From positions 3,456,001 through 3,520,000 of the forward strand of contig CBDCTK010000002.1 of the NCBI GenBank assembly GCA_965222225.1: 64,000 nt of DNA, in the 5' to 3' direction. Numbering within the stretch: the first letter of the stretch is position 1; every line of letters starts with the position of its first letter. Under the pieces are notes generated by a model, which made no database searches, was not told the DNA's origin, and saw nothing but the letters and a program-made list of their open reading frames with translations. A program made the position numbers and the translations under genes. Below, in pieces: positions 1-8,933 of the stretch. This stretch comes from Candidatus Poribacteria bacterium (lineage in GTDB: Bacteria; Poribacteria; WGA-4E; JAJDTR01).

Positions 1-282
1 CGCCAGAACTGGCTACGCGTTAAACTCGTCGGTGCCAAGAGTAACCGTGATGGCATTGGTGCGCGAATTCGCTTAACGGTGGGTGACGAATCCTGGGCAC
101 AAGAAGTACACGCAGGGCATAGTTACTTGTGCAGCAACGATCCGAGAGTCCTTTTTGGTCTAGGTGATGTCCGAACGGTCGATCACTTGGAAGTTCGCTG
201 GCTCAGTGGAACCGTGCAGGTGCTTGAGCATATCCCTGCAAACCAAGAAATCGTCATTACTGAACCGGATAGCGAGAAGTGA
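1..282 (+). CDS. 3' end of a CRTAC1/ASPIC-UnbV domain protein (truncated by window start)
   Basis: Frame 1 is open from base 1: NWLRVKLVGAKSNRDGIGARI...GHSYLCSNDPRVLFGLG...LEVRW, typical of the ASPIC/UnbV domain. Confidence 0.85.
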   Translation, partial: RQNWLRVKLVGAKSNRDGIGARIRLTVGDESWAQEVHAGHSYLCSNDPRVLFGLGDVRTVDHLEVRWLSGTVQVLEHIPANQEIVITEPDSEK

Positions 283-342
283 CGAAAGTCGGTTATCTGA
301 AACTGCCATTCACTTCAGCGCTGCAATGCGGCGTGAGCATCT

Positions 343-512
343 GTAGGGATCAAACGAACGAATAGTGAGTGCGATAGCAATCTTTGATAACGAAGGATCA
401 AGGGATTGGATAATGACCGCGATAGAGTTCTCATAGAAAATTCCGTAGTGACTGCGATTGGAATCTTCCCCTCGTCCGTTACTCCATGCAGGTCGGCGAA
501 CCAAATCCCTAC
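343..512 (+). repeat. REP-like inverted pair carrying two 35-nt units and truncated units
   Basis: GTAGGGAT (343-350) pairs with ATCCCTAC (505-512); units at 351-385 and 399-433; partial units at 434-470. Confidence 0.75.
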
Positions 513-544
513 GGAACGGAACGCACTGTCAAATGTCAAAAAAC

Positions 545-1252
545 CTAGTTCTCGGGTGGGATATTTTGTGTGGCGTTTATGTGGATTGTGCGTCGACCTG
601 ATTTGGAACTCAACGCGGAGTGAAATAATTTGTGGTTCATAAAGAGCACATCGCCCGGCTCGTTTATCAAATCGTACCGGCCCGGAACTTCCTCAGCCGG
701 TGCTCCCAACGTTTCGATCGATTTGATGCTTCTCTGATCGGGATCCGTGCCTAATGCTTCTCGAAACTGTGTAAAGTGGCTTCCGGGAATCACGCTGAGA
801 CATCCCTCCTCGGGACCGAGCCGATCCAAATAAATCGCCGCGCGCATGGTGAAATAACCCTCTCTAGCCACATTGTCGTGATGCCATCCGCTCCCGCCGG
901 CATGAATCAGTCCTTCGGTCACGGTTACCCTGAAGTCATCACCCATCAAGTTTCTAAAGATAGAGACAATCCGCTCATCATCCAGTAACGGATAAAACAC
1001 GTCCGGGGCATAGTCGAAAAACGGGATATACGGCACTATGGTGTTGTTGACTTGCTGCCTAACCGCGGAATAACCACGGGCGTCTTGGTGAAGTTCTGGT
1101 TCCGTCGCCTCGTTGCGTGCGCTCTTCATCGCGGCGTCAAAGGCGTCGGAAAGCGCTTTCATCTCCTCGGCAGAAAACAACTGCTTGCACATAAGAAACC
1201 CGAACGTATGGAAATGAGTCACCCATTCCGCCATTACCTGTTTCTCTATCAC
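545..1252 (-). CDS. Phytanoyl-CoA dioxygenase (PhyH) family Fe(II)/2OG oxygenase
   Basis: HFHTFGFL N-terminus, WHHD, CLSVIPGSH, PGDVLFMNHKLFH motifs. Confidence 0.9.
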   Translation of the reverse strand: MIEKQVMAEWVTHFHTFGFLMCKQLFSAEEMKALSDAFDAAMKSARNEATEPELHQDARGYSAVRQQVNNTIVPYIPFFDYAPDVFYPLLDDERIVSIFRNLMGDDFRVTVTEGLIHAGGSGWHHDNVAREGYFTMRAAIYLDRLGPEEGCLSVIPGSHFTQFREALGTDPDQRSIKSIETLGAPAEEVPGRYDLINEPGDVLFMNHKLFHSALSSKSGRRTIHINATQNIPPEN

Positions 1253-1267
1253 GGCGAGTCCTCTATC

Positions 1268-1708
1268 CTACTCCTTCACCATCTTAGCTGCCGCCGGATC
1301 GAATCCGTCAGGAAACTGTGTTTGTGAGTTATAATGAACGCCTTCCAAGACTGCTTCATCGAGGTTGGCTTCCCGAAGATCGGCACCACACACAGTTGTT
1401 GGACGAGTATCTGCTCCCTCAAGATTCACTCGACTCAAAGAACGCCAGCGATAAACACCCTCGTTAAGATCGGCGGTACAAAGGTTTGCGTCGCGTAGAT
1501 TCGCCCCACGTAGATTAGCTCCGCGAAGGTCCGCGCCACGTAGATCAGTCCCTGACAAGTCCGCCCCTTGCAGATTCGATCGCGTCAGGAATATCCGATG
1601 CAGATTTGCGCTACTTAGATTTGTGCCATTGAGGTCCATCTCGGCGAGATAAACCCCACGGAGATCCGCTCCCGGTTCAATGACACATCCATTTACAGTT
1701 CGGCTCAT
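1268..1708 (-). CDS. Pentapeptide repeat protein
   Basis: Tandem A(D/N)Lxx repeats (GADLRGANLRGANLRDANL); C-terminal TQFPDGFDP. Confidence 0.92.
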   Translation of the reverse strand: MSRTVNGCVIEPGADLRGVYLAEMDLNGTNLSSANLHRIFLTRSNLQGADLSGTDLRGADLRGANLRGANLRDANLCTADLNEGVYRWRSLSRVNLEGADTRPTTVCGADLREANLDEAVLEGVHYNSQTQFPDGFDPAAAKMVKE

Positions 1709-1718
1709 CTCATATCTT

Positions 1719-2513
1719 CTAATTGGGACCCGAACTCCGTCTTTTAATGGCGCCCCAAGTGGTGGTTACTTTATCACGTGCGGAAACGGCAAGTAACGTC
1801 CCTATACCATTTTCCATAACCTCCCGGACTTCGTCTTCCGACAATGGTCGATTCCAGAAACCGATTTCGTCCAGAGCACCGTTGAACCATTCTGATCTGC
1901 CCTCCCAAGGCAGACGATTACCGAAGTGCATCGGCTTCCCGGTTACAGGAACTTCCCCTAGAATCTTGTTGCCAACTTCCTCGCCATCACGGTACACGAT
2001 ACTCGCTTCATTAGGCTCGTGCGACCATACAACATGATACCATTTCCCGAAGCTCCCGATCGGCTTCCCGTCGGAAAACCCCCAGGCACCTCCAATCCCC
2101 CAGTGGTGACGTTTGTCACCGAGTATATACCACTGAATTCTTGTGCCATCGCCGCCGGATTTATCCATGATTGCGCCGCCCTTCGTTGGCTTCATCCAGT
2201 GGGCAAGAGTGAAACCGTCCGGCAGATCATCAATATCCTTGGAATTCTTGACCGTTATAAGCGATTGTCCTCTGAGGTCGAACGCCTTTCCGACTTGTGC
2301 GTCATCAGTCCACACCCCGTTGTCCATCTCGATTTCGCCATGGTGTTTGCCAACCAAATCGCCCATGATGTCCCCGCGCCCCTCATCGAGTGGCCAATAC
2401 GCCACAAGACCGTCAAGGAGATTGGCGTGCACGCTTGCCTGAGTTACAAGCACGAATACAACCATGAGTAGCGCAAGATTGAATCGGTTCTTGACTGTTA
2501 CTCTCAACATCAT
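1719..2513 (-). CDS. Secreted LamG/concanavalin A-like domain protein with TWGxIK tail
   Basis: GAAGGAGGA RBS before ATG 2513; signal peptide; GLVAYWPLDEG...FNGALDEIGFWNRPLS; ends VSARDKVTTTWGAIKRR. Confidence 0.88.
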   Translation of the reverse strand: MMLRVTVKNRFNLALLMVVFVLVTQASVHANLLDGLVAYWPLDEGRGDIMGDLVGKHHGEIEMDNGVWTDDAQVGKAFDLRGQSLITVKNSKDIDDLPDGFTLAHWMKPTKGGAIMDKSGGDGTRIQWYILGDKRHHWGIGGAWGFSDGKPIGSFGKWYHVVWSHEPNEASIVYRDGEEVGNKILGEVPVTGKPMHFGNRLPWEGRSEWFNGALDEIGFWNRPLSEDEVREVMENGIGTLLAVSARDKVTTTWGAIKRRSSGPN

Positions 2514-2670
2514 CAATCCTCCTTCACAGCCTGAAACAGCCTGAATCGTTGAGTGTCCCAATCGGCAAGCCATTGAGCCTCCCGAATACATGGGGACCGG
2601 GAACACTGCGCACCTGGAATACAACTCGCAAACTTAGCGGGAATCAGTTTTACAAGTGAATCCGCCGACC

Positions 2671-3735
2671 TCATCGATTCGCGGGTAACTTCCGCCCCGA
2701 CTGTTTAATCTCTCCCCACGTTACCGTGCGCTTCGCCTTTGAAGACACCGAAAACGCAATCTTCGGATCAAACCACGATGGGTATGTATCAGACCCGGGA
2801 TCATTCGTCACATTTCTAGGGTTGCTGCCATCCGCGCCCATAATATAGATTTCGTTGTTTCTATCGCGATTTGTGGCAAAAGCAATCTCCTTGCCATTCG
2901 GAGACCACGTGGGGTGTCCGTCCCAGACAAAGATATTCTTGGTCAACTGCTTGGGGTTGCCGCCATCTCTATCCATGACGAAGATCTCGCTATCACCGTC
3001 TAGATCGGACTCAAACACTAACTTGTGGCCCAATGGCGGCTGCCATCCCGGCTTTTTCTCGTTCTTGGGAGTATTTGTAAGATTCTTTTTTTTGTCTCCC
3101 GTTCTGTCCATTACAAAGATGTCGTAATTTCCCGTTCGATTGCTCGACCACGCAATCCGTTTGCCATCGGGCGACCAGGATGGGCTTTCATCTTGCGCAG
3201 AGTGAAAAGTGACTCGAAAACTGGTTTCCTGATCGCCGTCTCCAAGGTCGGCAAACGGAAACGGATCAATATTCTTCTTCCTGTCCTCGACAATGCGGAC
3301 AACCCAAACATCAAAATTCCAGTTGTCGGCCCCGTGTGCGTGTACGACAGCAAGCCAATTCTCATTCGGCGACCATGAAGGCGTGAGATCCCGGTTGCCG
3401 GCTGTGACGACTCTAATGTTCTCTCCATCGTTGTCCATGATGTAGACTCTCTCGAAATGTGATTCCCGATCGGAAGCGAACAGGATTCTGGTTCCATCCC
3501 GAGACCACGAAGGCGATATATCCTGCTTGGCATGCTTCGTTATTCGCTGCACATTCTCCCCATCGGGGTTTATCGCAAAGATATCCTTATTCTTTTTTGC
3601 CTTTCTATCCGACACAAAAACAATGCGCGCAGTCTCCGGAGGCTCTACCGCAATTGCATTTACCACCACCAGTAGCATACTCATGAGAATGACGCCGCAT
3701 AGAACGACACATAGCCGCTTATCAATACGTTGCAT
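2671..3735 (-). CDS. Secreted TolB-like PD40 beta-propeller protein with TWGxIK tail
   Basis: Repeated PSWSPDG/EIFVMDRDG units; signal peptide; ends VSSKAKRTVTWGEIKQ. Confidence 0.9.
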   Translation of the reverse strand: MQRIDKRLCVVLCGVILMSMLLVVVNAIAVEPPETARIVFVSDRKAKKNKDIFAINPDGENVQRITKHAKQDISPSWSRDGTRILFASDRESHFERVYIMDNDGENIRVVTAGNRDLTPSWSPNENWLAVVHAHGADNWNFDVWVVRIVEDRKKNIDPFPFADLGDGDQETSFRVTFHSAQDESPSWSPDGKRIAWSSNRTGNYDIFVMDRTGDKKKNLTNTPKNEKKPGWQPPLGHKLVFESDLDGDSEIFVMDRDGGNPKQLTKNIFVWDGHPTWSPNGKEIAFATNRDRNNEIYIMGADGSNPRNVTNDPGSDTYPSWFDPKIAFSVSSKAKRTVTWGEIKQSGRKLPANR

Positions 3736-3868
3736 TTTGACGTCCTTTGCCGATCAATTGACCGTTAACTCGTAAAATCAAAACCTAATAACCAGTGAAA
3801 GTGAATAAGCGCACCACTAAAATTGCTTTATTCGGAAAAATCTAAAACTTCAACACGTCAATATAAAA

Positions 3869-3900
3869 GAAACCGAGTTTCTTCGAAGAAACTCGGTTTC
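3869..3900. repeat. Perfect 32-bp palindrome (REP-like or terminator-like)
   Basis: GAAACCGAGTTTCTTC-GAAGAAACTCGGTTTC between the two PD40 paralogs. Confidence 0.85.
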
Positions 3901-3991
3901 CTTATTCCTTGCACGGTCAAAATGGGCGGGCTATCGAGACGTATTCCGCCACTTTCTGGCAAAATCAAGTAGTCAAAAATTCAATCGCTCG

Positions 3992-5056
3992 TTATTTCTC
4001 CGCTCGTTTTCGCCCGGACTGCTTTATCTCGCCCCAAGTGACAGTGCGTTTGGTCTTGGGAGAAACCGAAAATGCAATCTTGGGATCGAACCAAGCAGGG
4101 CTCTGATCAGACGCAGCGTTATTCGTCAGATTAACGAGATTGTTGCCGTTGGCATCCATCACATAGATTTCATTGTTTCTGTCACGATTTGTAGCGAAGG
4201 CAATCTCTTTGCCATTCGGCGACCATGTGGCCTGACCATCCCACACGAAGACATTCTTGGTTAACTGTTTGACGTTCCCTCCATTCGCATCCATCACATA
4301 GATTTCACTATCCCCGTCTCGGTCGGACGCGAAAACAATCTTTTCTCCCAACGGCGGCTGCCAATCCGGCCCCTTCTCCCCTTTGGGATTATTCGTAAGA
4401 TTTTTCTTGTTGTCCCCATTTCTATCCATGACGAAAATATCGTAGTTGCCCGTCCGGTTACTTGACCATGCAATCTGTTGCCCGTCCGGCGACCAAGAAG
4501 GGCTTTCGTCTTGCGCCGAGTGCTTCGTAAGTCGAAGACTGTTGATCTCGTCGCCGTTGCCGAGTTCGCTGAATTTATACGCAGCCATCTTCTTCTTCTC
4601 ATCTTGCATGCGAACAATCCAGACATCAAAATTCCAATTGTCATTGACGTTCGCGTGAACACAAGCAATCCAATTCCCGTTCGGCGACCAAGATGGCGTC
4701 AAATCCCGCGTTCCATCCGTGATCGTGATGACGTCCTCCTCTCTATCAACGGCGCTAAGAACGCGGATATGCTCCCACGAATCGTCCCGAACGGCTGCCA
4801 TGGCGAACCGAGTGCCGTCCGGTGACCACGTAGGTGATATATCTGCTTTTGCATGGTCGGTTATTCTATCTACGTTACTCCCATCGGCGTCCATGACAAA
4901 GATATCTTTATTCTTTTTTACTTTTCGGTCTGACTCAAAAAGCATTCGTGCGACCTCCGGAGGCTCCTGGGCAGTCCCACTCGCTACGACGAGGAGCATA
5001 CCCATCAAGCAGACGCCAAGAAGATTCATGCTCAAACATTTCTTATACTCTTGCAT
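3992..5056 (-). CDS. Secreted TolB-like PD40 protein, tandem paralog of 2671-3735
   Basis: Same length (1065 nt) from ATG 5056, which follows AAGGGG; shared blocks HSAQDESPSWSPDG and NGKEIAFATNRDRNNEIY; ends VSPKTKRTVTWGEIKQ. Confidence 0.9.
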   Translation of the reverse strand: MQEYKKCLSMNLLGVCLMGMLLVVASGTAQEPPEVARMLFESDRKVKKNKDIFVMDADGSNVDRITDHAKADISPTWSPDGTRFAMAAVRDDSWEHIRVLSAVDREEDVITITDGTRDLTPSWSPNGNWIACVHANVNDNWNFDVWIVRMQDEKKKMAAYKFSELGNGDEINSLRLTKHSAQDESPSWSPDGQQIAWSSNRTGNYDIFVMDRNGDNKKNLTNNPKGEKGPDWQPPLGEKIVFASDRDGDSEIYVMDANGGNVKQLTKNVFVWDGQATWSPNGKEIAFATNRDRNNEIYVMDANGNNLVNLTNNAASDQSPAWFDPKIAFSVSPKTKRTVTWGEIKQSGRKRAEK

Positions 5057-5191
5057 GTTTTCCCCCTTTATATATTGCAGCCTACAAACCCGTGTGAAGT
5101 TCAGCGAACGTTCAATACTACGTTGTCCGGCCATCAAGGATGATGCCGATTGACACCAAATAGTCAAATTTATCTTAGGAGTTCCGTAAAC

Positions 5192-6064
5192 TCATTCGCG
5201 CGCGTATCCACGTGATTTAATTCTGCCCCATGTAGCTGTGGATTTCCCGCTAGGGGCAACACTTAACTTAATGCTGTTGTTCATGAAGTTTCTCAGTTCA
5301 GTTCGTGTGAGCGCGACATCAAATAGTGCTACCTCATCAATCATGCCACGGAAAGGTTCGCCCGGCGCAGCCACAGACCGCTCGCCGATAACAAAAAGCG
5401 GCTTGCCGTCAAATCCGATTTTGCCCTTGCGGTCGTTGTGATTGGCTACCTCATCCCCGTTTACGTATGAAATCGCCTCTCTCCCCGTGAAGATGAAAGC
5501 AATATGATTCCAATTGCCGGGAAGAATCGACCCGGCATCATATTCCCAATCGGCATCATCTCCATCGGGACCGCCACCCTCGCGTCCGTGAGCAGGCGCT
5601 TTTCCATCCAAGGTAAGCCAAGTCGCCATTTGCCCATTCCGGACACCAATCTGGTGACCAACCCAAGGATTGTCCCAATTCCCGCCAGCATCATACGGCA
5701 CGCCGCAGCAAAACTGGGTTGGCGCAGCGTCATCCGGGTTGACCCACGCCATCAATGACAATTCGTCGGTCAGACGCAGACCATCCGAGTTTCGAATTTC
5801 AACTGCATTCCCGGCTTGTCCTGCAAACTGTACGGCCTCGCCGGCATCGGGAACGGGTGCTTTACTATTAACAAACTTAACATTGCCTTTTTTTCTGCCG
5901 TCATGCCCATTCCCCGTAGCATCGTCATAATCCCCGTTAAACTGCCAGTACGCCAGAAGATTCTCAGGACTCTGCGCAATACCAAGGACGGGAAATAGCA
6001 TACAGATTAAAAAACTGGATATCGCCAATATTGCGACATTGCATCTCGTTAAAGGTATTCTCAT
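5192..6064 (-). CDS. Secreted LamG-like domain protein with TWGxIK tail
   Basis: LLAYWQFNGD...LMAWVN...WNHIAF...FRGMIDEVALF; ends VAPSGKSTATWGRIK. Confidence 0.88.
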   Translation of the reverse strand: MRIPLTRCNVAILAISSFLICMLFPVLGIAQSPENLLAYWQFNGDYDDATGNGHDGRKKGNVKFVNSKAPVPDAGEAVQFAGQAGNAVEIRNSDGLRLTDELSLMAWVNPDDAAPTQFCCGVPYDAGGNWDNPWVGHQIGVRNGQMATWLTLDGKAPAHGREGGGPDGDDADWEYDAGSILPGNWNHIAFIFTGREAISYVNGDEVANHNDRKGKIGFDGKPLFVIGERSVAAPGEPFRGMIDEVALFDVALTRTELRNFMNNSIKLSVAPSGKSTATWGRIKSRGYARE

Positions 6065-6101
6065 TTCACCTTTACTAATTCCAAGAAAACAGTGCTTTAT
6101 T

Positions 6102-6227
6102 TAACCTAAAGTTGCCACCTTTGTAGCACAAGGGATCTCTATCGCACTCGCTATTTGCTCGCTTGATCTGTTAGATTGTGCTTGTGATGCGCAAACTGAC
6201 AGTTTGCGCCAGTAGCAACTTGGGTTA
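6102..6227. mobile_element. MITE-like element with TA-bounded ACCCAAGTTGC-type inverted ends, containing REP hairpins and a 35-nt unit
   Basis: TAACCTAAAGTTGCCA ... TAGCAACTTGGGTTA; unit on the minus strand at 6131-6165; hairpin GCGCAAACTG-A-CAGTTTGCGC at 6189-6209. Confidence 0.65.
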
Positions 6228-6311
6228 ATTATGAAGAGAGAGTTAGGATGGGAAGGTGGAGGCATGGGAAAATAAGATACCCATTCTCCACACAATTGAA
6301 GGTGTTAAAAT

Positions 6312-7175
6312 CTAACGGCCCTTGATGCTACCCCAAGTGGCAGTCAATTTCCCCACAGACTCGACAGCCGTTCCCACGCCCGACAAGTCTGCGCCGTTAC
6401 TCATAACGTCCTTAACCTCGTCCTGTGAAAGCGCCGCATGGTAGATAGCGACCTCGTCAATCAAACCGCCAAACGGTTCGCCCGGTGCGTGCGCAGAACG
6501 TTCGCCGATAATGAACAGGGGAGTTCCGTTAAACCCGATAGCTCCGGTGTGTCCACCCTCCTCCTGAATCACTTCGCCGTTGACATACGCGGTGACGCCA
6601 TCATTGCCATCGAAAACCATACAGATATGTTGCCATTCTCTACTGAGAACCGTGCCATCTGCCGTATTGAATTCCCAATCGGCATCATTGCCATCAGGGC
6701 CGCCGCCTTCGCGCCCTCCTGGAGCAGGAGCCCTGCCGTCAAGAGTTATCCAGTTCGCCATTCCACCACCGCGAACGCCGATCTGTATACCGATCCACGG
6801 ATTGTCCCATTCCGGCTCGTCATCATACGGGAAGCCCGCCGCAAATTGCGTCGGAGCCGCATCATCCGCGTTCACCCACGCCATCAATGTAGCCTTGTCG
6901 GTTGGGTGCAGCCCCACTGAGTTGTCGATGATAATGGCGTTCCCGGGTTCCTGTACAAACGACATGGCAAATCCCGGATTGGCGACCGGAGCGTCGCTCG
7001 GTACCGGTAGGACAGGACCGCTCGGCCTACCGTCACGCCCTGCACCTGTATCATCTTTGGCGGGGTTGTTCTCATCGTTGAATGTCCAATATCCCACCGG
7101 GCTTACCGACATACCAACGAGAGGAAACACCATCGTCAAACTGGCAATAGCCAGTATCGCTACGAAACACTTCAT
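6312..7175 (-). CDS. Secreted LamG-like domain protein, paralog of 5192-6064
   Basis: AGGAGG RBS; shared DDAAPTQF, WDNPW and GREGGGPDGxDADWE; ends VESVGKLTATWGSIKGR. Confidence 0.88.
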   Translation of the reverse strand: MKCFVAILAIASLTMVFPLVGMSVSPVGYWTFNDENNPAKDDTGAGRDGRPSGPVLPVPSDAPVANPGFAMSFVQEPGNAIIIDNSVGLHPTDKATLMAWVNADDAAPTQFAAGFPYDDEPEWDNPWIGIQIGVRGGGMANWITLDGRAPAPGGREGGGPDGNDADWEFNTADGTVLSREWQHICMVFDGNDGVTAYVNGEVIQEEGGHTGAIGFNGTPLFIIGERSAHAPGEPFGGLIDEVAIYHAALSQDEVKDVMSNGADLSGVGTAVESVGKLTATWGSIKGR

Positions 7176-7456
7176 AAAATACCTCCTAATTTTTTTGAAC
7201 CGTGGACATCGGGCGATTTTCCCTAATCCACGGATGAGTTAATCAAAATACGTCGCACGTGGTAGCGTTACTACCTCGTTTGACATATAGCGAATCCGAT
7301 ACATGAGATTCACACCATTCTACTGACTTTAGTCTTTCATGTCAACGAAAAAACTAAGCCGCAGTTTCCGCTTCACCAAATTGACATCTCCCACCATCAC
7401 CTTAGCCGCTTGGTAGATGAAATGGTATGAACGAGCCCAATCTATGTGAGAGCTTT

Positions 7457-8794
7457 TTATGCCAACGCGTCACGGACGGGTCTTCCGCCGCGCGAGAGCA
7501 CAACGCGAACTCCTTCTGGAGATTCGAGACTTTGGTTGTAGTCGATTCCGAGGCAATGATAAATTGTCGCTGACAGATCCTCGGGACGAACCGGAGTTTC
7601 AGCAGGTTCCGTGCCTCGTGGATCCGATGACCCAACAACTGTTCCACCTTTGATTCCGCCGCCAGCCATCATAATGGAGAACACCTTCGGATGATGGTCT
7701 CGTCCTACGTCCCGGTTGATCACCGGGGTTCGTCCAAATTCACCCATTGCGATAACTAGCGTGCTATCTAACAGGCCGCGCTCGGAAAGATCGCCGATAA
7801 GCGCCGACACTGTTTGGTCAAAGCCGCCGAGTTTGCCGGCAAGCGCCGGGAAGATGTTCGTATGAGTGTCCCATCCGCCGTTCGATACGGTGACAAACCC
7901 GACGCCTGATTCAACGAGCCGCCTAGCTAGCAAGCAACTCTGTCCAAAGTCATCACGCCGATACGAATCCCTGACGTTATCCGGCTCTTGCCGGAGATCG
8001 AACGCCTCCCGCGCCTCCGACGAGCTAATCAGGTTGTAAGCCGCAGTATAGAAGTCATCGACACTACGCACTCGTTCACTGCCGCTTTCATGTTTCTTGA
8101 ACGCTGCATCAACCGTCTGGCGCAACGAGCGACGTCGGTCAAGACGCTCCATCGCAATCCCCTTGGGCGGATGGAGATCATGTACTTGGAAGTCATCCCG
8201 CGACGGAGCTCCGCCGACCGAAAACGGATCTAGTGCCGCCCCAAGAAATCCCGCGCCGGAATAATCGAACGCGGTAGGAATCGCGATATAAGGCGGCAGC
8301 GCGGAACGCGATCCTTTTAGTTTTGCAACAACCGATCCGTAACTCGGAACAGCAAATCCGGGTAGCGGTTGGAATCCCGTCATCAAGTAGTGCGTACCAC
8401 GCCCGTGATCTGCCTCTATCGAAGTCATCGATCGAATGACACAGATTTTGTCCATCTGCTTGGCAATTCGTGGCATGTGTTCGCAAATCTCGATTCCGGG
8501 GACATTTGTGCCTATGGGTTTGAAAAATCCGCGAACTTCCTGCGGCGCATCCGGTTTCAGGTCCCACAAATCAAGATGGCTTGGCCCACCGCCCATCCAA
8601 ATCAGAATCACTGACTTTGCGGTTCCCTCTCGACCGTCTGCCGGGGATGCGAACGCTTTAAGCCGGAGGAAATCCGCCATACCGAGCCCAAACAGTCCGA
8701 GAGCGCCAACTTTCAGAAAATCGCGACGGTGAAAACCCTCGCAATCTGTGCAGTGCGCCAAATTTTTTCGCTTCATGGTAATCACCTTTCTCAT
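7457..8794 (-). CDS. DUF1501 family protein with twin-arginine-like N-terminus
   Basis: RRDFLKVG; AKSVILIWMGGGPSHLDLWDLKP; CLLARRLVESGV; GWDTH; MGEFGRTP; GRDHHP. Confidence 0.92.
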   Translation of the reverse strand: MRKVITMKRKNLAHCTDCEGFHRRDFLKVGALGLFGLGMADFLRLKAFASPADGREGTAKSVILIWMGGGPSHLDLWDLKPDAPQEVRGFFKPIGTNVPGIEICEHMPRIAKQMDKICVIRSMTSIEADHGRGTHYLMTGFQPLPGFAVPSYGSVVAKLKGSRSALPPYIAIPTAFDYSGAGFLGAALDPFSVGGAPSRDDFQVHDLHPPKGIAMERLDRRRSLRQTVDAAFKKHESGSERVRSVDDFYTAAYNLISSSEAREAFDLRQEPDNVRDSYRRDDFGQSCLLARRLVESGVGFVTVSNGGWDTHTNIFPALAGKLGGFDQTVSALIGDLSERGLLDSTLVIAMGEFGRTPVINRDVGRDHHPKVFSIMMAGGGIKGGTVVGSSDPRGTEPAETPVRPEDLSATIYHCLGIDYNQSLESPEGVRVVLSRGGRPVRDALA

Positions 8795-8933
8795 TTAGCA
8801 AAATTGCAACTCAAAACAACAGCTTGCGATTCAACTGATTTTATCACATCAATCTACAGAATGTCGCTCATCAATCCCCAAGATTCGCGCTATTCCGAGA
8901 ATTTATCCCGCTTTTGTTTGAGTCCCATTTGAG

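Noticed and set aside
351-470. Possible mini-CRISPR array (also 37770-37856)
   Set aside because: Units are degenerate, adjacent or truncated, with no unique spacers of regular length and no cas genes in the window
6101-6295. Small ORFs spanning repeats (also 11588-11803, 37663-37875, 54271-54597)
   Set aside because: They translate MITE, REP or 35-mer sequence and lack an RBS or protein-like features
6438-7242. Long plus-strand ORFs opposite the LamG gene (similar cases at 45522-46229 and 43368-43913)
   Set aside because: Antisense shadows of well-supported genes, with no recognisable motifs
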